A DNA stretch of 35,631 nt, from positions 1 through 35,631 of the IMG/VR virus record IMGVR_UViG_3300046786_000269; one strand, written 5' to 3'. The translations under genes and the position numbers were made by a program. Below, piece by piece: positions 16,880-24,929 of the stretch; the stretch's first letter is position 1, and every line of letters begins with the position of its first letter. Under the pieces are notes generated by a model. It searched no databases. It saw only the letters and a list, made by a program, of their open reading frames with translations, and was not told where the DNA came from. This stretch comes from a virus. Lineage: Duplodnaviria > Caudoviricetes.

Positions 16880-17491
16880 CTAGCGACCAAACCGATTGCG
16901 GTTCAAAAAAGTAGACATTGCATTTTGTTGAGGCATTTGTTGCGATTGCCCCATGGGTTGTGGAGCAGGTTGCAATTGATTCCCTTGAATTTGCCTAAAC
17001 GCATTGTTCATTTGTGCATTAGGCCGTCGGTCAGCAAAGTCATACTGCTGTGATGGGCCAGGCATGTTGTATTGTGGCATTGCGCCAAACGATGGACTTT
17101 GCGGTGGCCGCTGCATACGTCCCATCATATCTTGCATTTGACCTTGCATCCTGGAATCCATGCGCCCTGGCTTTGGTCCAAATCCTGGAGGCGACATAAG
17201 ATTTGGTGCCGGCGGCTCTTGATAGTTATTAACTCGCTGCATCATATCATTGAACTGATTGTCCATAGCATTTTGCTGATTTTGAGCGTTCTCAATACCG
17301 GCATCCATGGCTGCGTTGTTCATCATTTGATTTTGTTGTGCCATGTCTAATGGCTGAGCCAACATTTGTCTACCGCCCCCCAAAGGAGGTCTCATCTGAG
17401 GTCGTGGAGCAAGTGACCGTGCAATGCCTCCACCCCGTGGGGCACCAGTCATAGTCCGTGGATCCATTTGCATTGCAGAGCGACGAGCCAT
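16880..17491 (-). CDS. Low-complexity Q/M/P-rich protein
   Basis: Tight packing with neighbours; disordered composition. Confidence 0.7.
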   Translation of the reverse strand: MARRSAMQMDPRTMTGAPRGGGIARSLAPRPQMRPPLGGGRQMLAQPLDMAQQNQMMNNAAMDAGIENAQNQQNAMDNQFNDMMQRVNNYQEPPAPNLMSPPGFGPKPGRMDSRMQGQMQDMMGRMQRPPQSPSFGAMPQYNMPGPSQQYDFADRRPNAQMNNAFRQIQGNQLQPAPQPMGQSQQMPQQNAMSTFLNRNRFGR

Positions 17492-17493
17492 AG

Positions 17494-18558
17494 TTATTTC
17501 CTCATATTTTTATCAAGCATATCTCTAATGGATGTTCTTCCTTGAGCTGTAATTGGGGCCGGTCCTTTTGTTTGTGGGCCGTCAACTTTGTTCCAATCAA
17601 TATCAATAGTTCCATGATGTTCATTAACAGCTCCGGCATTTAAAGCTTTTTGAGCAATTTCTCGACGCTGCTTGTCATTAAATTTACCCATCCAATCGTT
17701 GCCGTACTTTTCGTAGAACGCAGCATATCCGATAATATCGTCTGGTGTTAAATCTGCTTCATTGCGGGACTGTGCAAATTTAACATTGCCGTGTTTGCCC
17801 TGTGCAATGTTAGCTTTTTCTATATCTATAAGCTGCTGTTTGCTTCGTCCTTGTCGCAATCCCTCTGCTACTGTTGTTTCAGGAAGGGTAATTCCTTGCT
17901 TGCGAAGTTCCGCAAAACGATTTCCTTCTTTCTTATATCTATTCGTATCTAAAAGTTCGTTTGCGCCACCAAGACCAAGCCCAACTCCAGCACCAATTAA
18001 TGCACCCCATGGACCAAAATAGGAACCCATCGCAGCCCCGGAAGCTGCCCCTTGAAGATACCCTCGCCGACCAGTGCGTTGATTTAATAATAAATCTCCA
18101 GCGCCAATGGCTCCGGCTATTGGTAAATAATAATTACCAGCAGACCCAATACCCTCTAACGCCCATCCCGAAGGTGCTCCCATTGGTACCATTTGAGCGC
18201 CTAATATATTTGGTGTTGCCACAGTTGTACCAGCGCCAGCGGTGCCAGCACCTGCTCCCACTGTTCCTGCTGCGGTTGTACCAGCACCAGCCGTAGTTGT
18301 GCCGCCTGAGCCAAACAAGCCACCAAGATTTGGAAATCCTCGCATAATTTCGTTTGTGAGCAACAAACCGCCGATATTGCCTCCCATTTGAGCAAGCGAG
18401 TTCATTTGAGCATCTTTTGCTTTTTCTTTATCAGTTTTGGGAGGGCCAAATCGCTCTTCTACCTTCTGTACTGCGGCTAAAGGCGGGAGGCCTTGCGAAC
18501 GTAGGAACAAGTAATAAGCTCGGGGACTGTCTTTTGCTGCTGCTGGTTCGTAGGCCAT
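17494..18558 (-). CDS. Gly/Ala-rich virion (probable ejection) protein (start reassigned to 18558)
   Basis: Glycine-zipper GAASGAAMGSYFGPWGALIGAGVG. Confidence 0.7.
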   Translation of the reverse strand: MAYEPAAAKDSPRAYYLFLRSQGLPPLAAVQKVEERFGPPKTDKEKAKDAQMNSLAQMGGNIGGLLLTNEIMRGFPNLGGLFGSGGTTTAGAGTTAAGTVGAGAGTAGAGTTVATPNILGAQMVPMGAPSGWALEGIGSAGNYYLPIAGAIGAGDLLLNQRTGRRGYLQGAASGAAMGSYFGPWGALIGAGVGLGLGGANELLDTNRYKKEGNRFAELRKQGITLPETTVAEGLRQGRSKQQLIDIEKANIAQGKHGNVKFAQSRNEADLTPDDIIGYAAFYEKYGNDWMGKFNDKQRREIAQKALNAGAVNEHHGTIDIDWNKVDGPQTKGPAPITAQGRTSIRDMLDKNMRK

Positions 18559-18559
18559 A

Positions 18560-19423
18560 TCAAATCCAAGTACCAAATACTGCTACACCGTTTCGAGCAA
18601 ACATTGGGTCACGCATGTGACCTCCTGCATAAAGCACTTTGCCGTTACGGTCACGACTAAACTCTTCATTAAGTTGCTGGTCAAATCGAGGCCGGATACT
18701 GTCTAAGCCATGAATTTCAGCAAACCGCTCTAAAACGCCTTGCTCCAATAACTTCTCTTGGAAAATGCTTACATCTGTATTCGCCAAGAATTGATTGTAC
18801 GGCCCGTTGTAATAGGCCCATGTGACACCACCATCGGACACGCTTCCGCTCGTGTGCGTCGGCGCTGTAGCTCCTGTGGTGCCTCCGGCTGTGGTTTGAT
18901 AGTAGTTGCCGTTATAAAAGCAGTAAGAGTTGGCTGCAAAGGCAGTAGCAGTAGTCCAAGTTACAGGTCTAACGCTTCGGTCTGCAATGTATTCAAAGAT
19001 GATGGTGTTATTGTCGTACTGTGTTCCAGGTGTAGGACTAATCAACAATTCGCTGTTAGTGATGCCCCGAATCTGGAATCGCTGATAAACGGTGGTGTTC
19101 AGACCAAATCCAAGAAATTCAGCGTACTCTTGCTCTGTCATTGGACCAAGCACACGCCATCGAGTGTTCTGATTCCAGAACGTATCGTAGTGGTAATAAG
19201 AAAAAGCCGCTGGTAACTGGTACGATGCTTGACCAGATACCAGCGTTATCGAACCTGATGCGTAGCATTTAGGCCAAGGATACGCTTCAAATATGTCACG
19301 GTTAATTCTATTGGCGATTGCAAGAAGCTGTTTGGTAGTAACTTCGGTGGAGCTAACCACGTTAGTTTCGACTGTATAGCCAGCCTCGTTCGCTACATTT
19401 TGAATAACCGTGGCTATACTCAT
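18560..19423 (-). CDS. Head-tail adaptor with inserted CBM5/12-like module
   Basis: WP...ITLVSGQASYQLP adaptor pattern; WTTATAF...YNGNYY...DGGVTW insert. Confidence 0.7.
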   Translation of the reverse strand: MSIATVIQNVANEAGYTVETNVVSSTEVTTKQLLAIANRINRDIFEAYPWPKCYASGSITLVSGQASYQLPAAFSYYHYDTFWNQNTRWRVLGPMTEQEYAEFLGFGLNTTVYQRFQIRGITNSELLISPTPGTQYDNNTIIFEYIADRSVRPVTWTTATAFAANSYCFYNGNYYQTTAGGTTGATAPTHTSGSVSDGGVTWAYYNGPYNQFLANTDVSIFQEKLLEQGVLERFAEIHGLDSIRPRFDQQLNEEFSRDRNGKVLYAGGHMRDPMFARNGVAVFGTWI

Positions 19424-20112
19424 GCTTTTCGTGGCCTCCCTCGTCGCCTTACTTCCTGATCCTCAAGACGCTCATCTTGAGCCTCTATGATGCCCTCTTC
19501 CAGGGCCTCGGGTGCGTGGATCACCTCCTTTCGACGGTCACGAAGGTCAATTCCTTCGTTAGCTTCTACTCGTTGAAGTAACAACTCAACCTTGTGTTCC
19601 AGGGCTTTGCGACGAGCAGTTTCGCCGTCAAGCAACTGCTTTAGCTTCACAACCTCATTCTGGTCTGACTTAGCGGCAGCTAACCAATCTTGCGCTAATT
19701 TGACAAACTTAGACAATGGCCCAAGTTTACGTTTTGCTTCTTCTGCTGCTGCTGCAAGCTGCTCTACCGTCTTAAAGCCAAGGTAGTTAAGCTCTCGCAT
19801 GGCGCTGCCAGTCATCATCGGCCACTCTGAAAGCGGAGTTCCTTCGGTTACAGGCTCAGAACCGGCCTTGAAACGAGCGTACAATTCTGGGTATTCCTGA
19901 ATGTCTTGCGGCTCAATACGACGAACCGTTTCATCCATTCCAGGCCACTGAATCGAAATAGAAGGAATCTCGTCAAAGATGGGACGACCCTCCTGACGAG
20001 ACTTTTCTGCGTTTTCGTTGTAAGCGTAAAAGAAGCGAATGTTTGCGCCTGAATACCGCTTTTTCGGCTGCGAGTTCCCCGACATTATAGACTGCCAATC
20101 AATCTGTGCCAT
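19420..20112 (-). CDS. Conserved hypothetical phage protein (230 aa)
   Basis: GRPIFDE, GTPLSEWP, TVEQLA; RRGRPRK tail. Confidence 0.8.
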   Translation of the reverse strand: MAQIDWQSIMSGNSQPKKRYSGANIRFFYAYNENAEKSRQEGRPIFDEIPSISIQWPGMDETVRRIEPQDIQEYPELYARFKAGSEPVTEGTPLSEWPMMTGSAMRELNYLGFKTVEQLAAAAEEAKRKLGPLSKFVKLAQDWLAAAKSDQNEVVKLKQLLDGETARRKALEHKVELLLQRVEANEGIDLRDRRKEVIHAPEALEEGIIEAQDERLEDQEVRRRGRPRKA

Positions 20113-20158
20113 TTAATCTCCTATAGATACACATAGACTGTGTAGCTATTTTATAGCA

Positions 20159-20476
20159 CTAACCTTCTATAACGACCAACGTGTTAATCGGAGCGCCAGA
20201 CGTTTGATAGGCAGTAATTGCTCCACCAGGTACAAAGCCATTTGCAAATATCAAACGATTGCCGTTGTCGCTGTTTGTCAGGTTGAGGCACTTATTTGTA
20301 GAGGTAGGTGCAATGCCTGTTAATGTTTGCCCCTCAAGGCCGATGCCAATATGAGCGCCCGACGCATTTTGAATAATAAGCAGCTTTCTAAATGGATTAG
20401 CCGCCAATACTGTCGTGCTTGTTGCAGTTTGAATTGTCGGAGTCGTTGTTTTTGTATTGCCAGTGTATGCGGTCAT
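20159..20476 (-). CDS. Small beta-rich virion protein
   Basis: RBS aggtga; ANPFRKLLIIQN motif. Confidence 0.75.
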   Translation of the reverse strand: MTAYTGNTKTTTPTIQTATSTTVLAANPFRKLLIIQNASGAHIGIGLEGQTLTGIAPTSTNKCLNLTNSDNGNRLIFANGFVPGGAITAYQTSGAPINTLVVIEG

Positions 20477-20485
20477 AAATCACCT

Positions 20486-20512
20486 AAAAAGTCGGGGGGA
20501 TTGAATCCCCCC
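20486..20512 (-). terminator. Intrinsic terminator
   Basis: ggggggat/atcccccc stem with U-tract on the minus strand. Confidence 0.75.
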
Positions 20513-20519
20513 TTGTCGC

Positions 20520-20843
20520 TTAAACTGCCTTCGTAAACTTTAGGTAAAAGTAGGAAGTGCCGTTTGATACAACCACAAAGCAGTTAGTATCAGCGTCATT
20601 GTCCTTAACAATACCTACGAAACCAGTACCAACTGAGGCCGGAGTTCCGAACGAAGTCGTAAGCTCTGCGGCTGTTGGAGTAGTATCGTTTACGTTGTTG
20701 ATTGCTTGCTTAGTTCTTACGCCAGCAGCCGTAGCCACTACCTGACCGGTAGGGGTAACGGTGCCTGTAAAAACGCCATCGGTAACGGAAGCTGCAAGCT
20801 CCGCTGGCATACCGAGTCCCATAAGGGTTTGTGCGCTAGCCAT
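20520..20843 (-). CDS. Putative capsid decoration protein
   Basis: RBS aggagg; T/G/A-rich, LMGLGMPAELA N-terminus; follows capsid genes. Confidence 0.7.
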   Translation of the reverse strand: MASAQTLMGLGMPAELAASVTDGVFTGTVTPTGQVVATAAGVRTKQAINNVNDTTPTAAELTTSFGTPASVGTGFVGIVKDNDADTNCFVVVSNGTSYFYLKFTKAV

Positions 20844-20853
20844 AAATCCTCCT

Positions 20854-20880
20854 AAAAAGGGGGGTTGTTACACCCCCCTT
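20854..20880 (-). terminator. Intrinsic terminator after the capsid genes
   Basis: aaggggggt/acccccctt stem with U-tract on the minus strand. Confidence 0.8.
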
Positions 20881-20887
20881 CAAGTCA

Positions 20888-21373
20888 TTAATTCACTCGC
20901 AAATGCCCGAAAGAACCAAGTTCTACCGCAGCAGCAGGAGTGGTCGATGCAAGTCCAACAACATTAAGAATCTTAGTTGTTGAAGCATCATCGGCTACGC
21001 CAGCAGTAGCAGTTGTGTTCAGGTTGTTTTTAGCAACGTAGCTAGCAGCTACTTTGCCCTTAATTCCTGAACCAACTCCACCGCCATTGATTCCACCGAT
21101 CCATACCCAAAGGTATTCATTATCAGCAGCAGCTACTTGAGCTACGCCGATAAGAAGCCCATTTGAGCCAGCGTTTGTAGTTGTAAGCATAGCGGCTTGG
21201 CCGTCTGCTTCAATCTTTACAAAGCCGTACTTATCGATGGCACCATCAGCTTGTACGAACACAAACTCACCTCTAGGCATGCTTCCAACATCACGAAGCT
21301 GCGCTGGCAGGGGTGACGAAACGCCATCCCAAGTTTTGTTGTAATTTACTCCGAACGATCCAACCATTGACAT
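20888..21373 (-). CDS. Capsid decoration/cement protein
   Basis: RBS ggagg; immediately downstream of MCP; G.EFVFVQA and EYLWVW pattern. Confidence 0.7.
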   Translation of the reverse strand: MSMVGSFGVNYNKTWDGVSSPLPAQLRDVGSMPRGEFVFVQADGAIDKYGFVKIEADGQAAMLTTTNAGSNGLLIGVAQVAAADNEYLWVWIGGINGGGVGSGIKGKVAASYVAKNNLNTTATAGVADDASTTKILNVVGLASTTPAAAVELGSFGHLRVN

Positions 21374-21391
21374 AAACTGTTACCTCCCTAA

Positions 21392-22348
21392 TTAAGCGTA
21401 AATAACAGCCTGAAGTGCAGGTGCAGAGCAGCAGAGGTTTCCTTCAACGATGATAACCGTGAAGAAAGCATCTTGGTCAACCGGACGAGCCATCTCTGGA
21501 GCGAGCGGTTTGAAATCTGCGCCACGAACCATGTCGAATGTCCAATACTTGGTATTGAGAAGTCGGCATGAGTTAGTTTCAAGCACTGAAGAACCGTATC
21601 CACCGTCGAATACGAAATCGCATCCGTCGTAGTTAAGAACACGGAATCCAGCTACAGCCTTCTTTGCAGGAAGCTGAATACGCTGAATAGCGGTCAAAGA
21701 TGAGTGGAGGTACTTCCAAGCTGTACGATCCATCAGTCCAAGGTCTGCCTGCTCATCACCACGAGTTACCTGCGAGATAGCGTCGGTGATTTGCTCCTGA
21801 ACATTAGAAGCTGAAAGGGTCACGTTGATAGCAAGGTTACGAGCCCAAAGGTTCGTTCCTCGGTCAATGGTTCCGTAGGTACCGGAAGATGGCGAAGTGG
21901 AAACTGCCTTCTTGATACCGTCAAACTCAAGTCCTCCGCTTCCAGTTCCATCGCCACGAAGCGAGGTAGAAACGGTATTCTTAAGACGGCTGATAGCAGC
22001 CTTCATCTTCATCTCTGCAAGGTCGAGAAGCTGTGCCTCATCTCGGTTTGCACGACGGTCACGACCGCTCATTGCTACAGGCTCATAAACCTGCTTGATA
22101 GCAAATCGGAACGCTGTAGCGTCATCGATTGCTGCAAGGTTGAATGAGTCAAATCCAGCGTAGAATCCACCCTGAGCTGCATCATTGTACATGATGGGCT
22201 TACGGAGTTCATAACCACCGGAAAATTTGCGAATAAGACCCTGATCGTCAAGCGAAGCCAAAAGCGGATTGTGGTGAAGTACCTCATCAGCGATAGCATC
22301 AGACTGATCGAAAAGGGTCGCTACGATTGCCTCTTCTAAATTAGCCAT
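21392..22348 (-). CDS. Major capsid protein
   Basis: 318 aa; IADEV..HNPLL, SGG.E, GDGTGSGG.E.DG motifs; after scaffold. Confidence 0.9.
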   Translation of the reverse strand: MANLEEAIVATLFDQSDAIADEVLHHNPLLASLDDQGLIRKFSGGYELRKPIMYNDAAQGGFYAGFDSFNLAAIDDATAFRFAIKQVYEPVAMSGRDRRANRDEAQLLDLAEMKMKAAISRLKNTVSTSLRGDGTGSGGLEFDGIKKAVSTSPSSGTYGTIDRGTNLWARNLAINVTLSASNVQEQITDAISQVTRGDEQADLGLMDRTAWKYLHSSLTAIQRIQLPAKKAVAGFRVLNYDGCDFVFDGGYGSSVLETNSCRLLNTKYWTFDMVRGADFKPLAPEMARPVDQDAFFTVIIVEGNLCCSAPALQAVIYA

Positions 22349-22396
22349 TTTAGTTATCCTTTAATTTTAGGGGATAACCTAATGGCTCTATGTCAG

Positions 22397-23437
22397 CTAT
22401 TCACCGCCAAGTCGCCGCCGCAGGTTATCCCGAATATCTTTCGTTTGTACCCTGGGGGTTCCACTTCCTGCGGAGCCAGATATTGACTTGGCAGCTTGCT
22501 TCGCCTTTTGGACGACTTGCTTCTGCTGCTGTATTACCGGCGCTGTATTTAGCTTTTGTACTAAGCCAGAAAACACCGGATTACCGTTGACCACATAATT
22601 ATAAGCCGTCTCTAGGACTTCCTCTGCGGAGCTATAACGACCCGTCTGTGTCAAAGCCTGTACCACGGGGGCCATCTCAGCTTCCAACTGCGAAGCTGTT
22701 TCAGGGTCACGGAACAAAGGCTTACGGTTCATGAATGATTCTACGACCATTTGGTTCATGTACTCAACTGCCTTTTTTTCCTGCTCGTGCTGCAAGGCCG
22801 TCCAGCGTTCCGTAGCAAGCTTTTCAGCTTCCTCCCTTGTCATGTACTGGGAGTAGTCCGGCTGGTCGTTGCCGGTCATTTGCTGCCGTTCAATAAGCTC
22901 CTGCGGTGATATCCCGTATGCCTCAAGCCATTCAAGTGCAGTCTCGTATGGAGCCTGTTTCATTGCCCGGTCCCAAGCGATTGAGCGACGAGCCACATCG
23001 GTAATAGCTATGCCTTCCTTGGCGTATTCCTGCTCGTAGTCTTTTATGGTGTTATAGACCGACGAATTACGCTCAATAAGCTGGTTTAGCTCCTGAGCTT
23101 TACGGTCGTATTGGTTACGAGTCTCGTAAGCTCGACGATTTAGATAGGATTGCAGAATATGAGCATTTTCAGCCGTGGGGTTCAGGAACGCTTCCTTCTC
23201 AGCCTTGTTCATGTCAGCCGGAGGTGCGAAGACCATCCGCTCTTGATTGCCGACTTCGTTGCTAACAACCTGAGAATCTTCCTCTTTTTGTTCAGTTTTG
23301 TAAGCAGTTTCTTGGCTACGATCCTCGTCTACATCACCCTTAAACTGTTTACTTAGGGTTTCACGAATCGACAACTCAGCCGGTTCACGTTCTGCAACAA
23401 CTTCGGTAGATTCTACCTCTTGGACATTATCTTCCAT
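22397..23437 (-). CDS. Scaffolding protein
   Basis: Acidic N-terminus, helical body, AKQAAKSISGS C-terminus; directly upstream of MCP. Confidence 0.8.
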   Translation of the reverse strand: MEDNVQEVESTEVVAEREPAELSIRETLSKQFKGDVDEDRSQETAYKTEQKEEDSQVVSNEVGNQERMVFAPPADMNKAEKEAFLNPTAENAHILQSYLNRRAYETRNQYDRKAQELNQLIERNSSVYNTIKDYEQEYAKEGIAITDVARRSIAWDRAMKQAPYETALEWLEAYGISPQELIERQQMTGNDQPDYSQYMTREEAEKLATERWTALQHEQEKKAVEYMNQMVVESFMNRKPLFRDPETASQLEAEMAPVVQALTQTGRYSSAEEVLETAYNYVVNGNPVFSGLVQKLNTAPVIQQQKQVVQKAKQAAKSISGSAGSGTPRVQTKDIRDNLRRRLGGE

Positions 23438-23750
23438 GTCTATACCTTTCTATTATTCTAGCCGTTAGGTCTTTAGCCAGCTTGCGTTCCGATGCCCCAG
23501 ACTCACTATCGGTCTGATAGCCACGGTCATACGCATCCCCTACTTCTATTGCCCCCGCCGCTCGATAAGCGGCCCGTAACTTACTTTTACTTGTATAAAT
23601 CTCTTTAGGATTAAGCGGGTTTCGAGTCGGCTCCATCTCATCCTGAATAAATAGGTCACGAGCATTAGTCTGCGCTCGTCGCTCTACCTGTTCTATAGGA
23701 ACAACCTTCTTTTTAACCGGACACCATTGGAATAGTTTGTATTTGCTCAT
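23427..23750 (-). CDS. Conserved hypothetical phage protein
   Basis: IQDEMEP, YTSKSKLR, IEVG motifs; tight packing. Confidence 0.8.
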   Translation of the reverse strand: MSKYKLFQWCPVKKKVVPIEQVERRAQTNARDLFIQDEMEPTRNPLNPKEIYTSKSKLRAAYRAAGAIEVGDAYDRGYQTDSESGASERKLAKDLTARIIERYRHGR

Positions 23751-24136
23751 TAGTCCTCCATTGTAGCCAGAAGAAACAGCACTTTTAACCGTCTGGCTTT
23801 CTTCTTTCGCTTTTCAGCTTCAATAGCTAGTCTTTGTTCTTCTATGATACGAGCCTGATATTCTGCGATAATGGCAGAAACCTCAGCTCGTAAAGCCTCT
23901 ACGTCGATTGGTTCAATAAGCTCTTGTTCAGGTATCCCTGCCTCAAGTTGCTTTTCAACCAACAGCTTAAATTCAACCGACGGCTTTTTCTTTTTCTTCT
24001 TAGTCTTACGCTGTCGCTCTTTAAGGATTTGAGCGGCATAGGCTTCCTCAAAAGCATTATACCGCTTCTTAAACCCATCAGGGTCGAGCAGTTGTACCTG
24101 CAAGTAGCTCTGAGGTGGTTTAAAGAAGAGAAACAT
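23750..24136 (-). CDS. Hypothetical protein (128 aa)
   Basis: Tight packing; Lys-rich helical. Confidence 0.7.
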   Translation of the reverse strand: MFLFFKPPQSYLQVQLLDPDGFKKRYNAFEEAYAAQILKERQRKTKKKKKKPSVEFKLLVEKQLEAGIPEQELIEPIDVEALRAEVSAIIAEYQARIIEEQRLAIEAEKRKKKARRLKVLFLLATMED

Positions 24137-24141
24137 TTAGG

Positions 24142-24417
24142 TTAAGCTATTTTAGCCTCAACTGTGTGAAGTGTGTGGTACGCCCCCAATATCTCCTTTA
24201 CTTGCTCTGAACCTGATACCCCAAGATATCCTGAAATAGCATTAGCAATGATGGCGCTGAAAAGTGACGATACCTGTGGCTTGCACACGTTTTCGCATAC
24301 AAACTCTATTGCAGTTTGTTCGCTGCTTTCAGACCAGCCATGAGTCTTGGCGATAATATCAAGGTATGGCTCAAACCCTTCTGGCATTGGCATTTCAAAC
24401 GTGACCGTGAGTTTCAT
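24142..24417 (-). CDS. Hypothetical protein (91 aa)
   Basis: ATGA overlap with the thioredoxin gene. Confidence 0.7.
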   Translation of the reverse strand: MKLTVTFEMPMPEGFEPYLDIIAKTHGWSESSEQTAIEFVCENVCKPQVSSLFSAIIANAISGYLGVSGSEQVKEILGAYHTLHTVEAKIA

Positions 24418-24917
24418 TTGGTTAGTTCTCCAATCTGCTTGTTAATTTCACCTAGCTTTGCGCCAATGATTTCCATGTTATAAGTTAATTCGCCACGTTG
24501 TGCGAAAAGCTCGTACAACTTCTTTTGACACTCTTGGGCAACTTTTTCTTCCTGCTGTATTTTGCTTGGAACTACTTCACCTGTCGCAAGCCAATGAGCA
24601 AGCGAATCCGAGTAAAGCATGCCAAAATGACGATATTTCAGTTCGCCACGCTCAAACACAAACAAAGCTGGCACAGAGTCTTTAACGACATCCGACTTAT
24701 CCATCTTCATCCAAGTGCGTTTAAACTCGGACGGCTTAGGAGTCTTGTCCATCGGGTGCGATACTTCTAACGCTCCACAATCAAAAGCGGATAAGTCTAC
24801 TTTTGCCAAATGGTCGTTCAATCTGTCGCAATATGGACAATTCTTTGCCCATACTTTGACCAGAACAAGTTCATTTTTAATAAACTCCTTGGCTGTTTCT
24901 TCAGTTAATTGCAACAT
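24414..24917 (-). CDS. Thioredoxin-fold protein (CPYC) with C-terminal coiled coil
   Basis: LVLVKVWAKNCPYC, SVPALFVFERGE cis-Pro loop; RBS aggaga. Confidence 0.85.
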   Translation of the reverse strand: MLQLTEETAKEFIKNELVLVKVWAKNCPYCDRLNDHLAKVDLSAFDCGALEVSHPMDKTPKPSEFKRTWMKMDKSDVVKDSVPALFVFERGELKYRHFGMLYSDSLAHWLATGEVVPSKIQQEEKVAQECQKKLYELFAQRGELTYNMEIIGAKLGEINKQIGELTK

Positions 24918-24929
24918 TTTATCTCCTAC

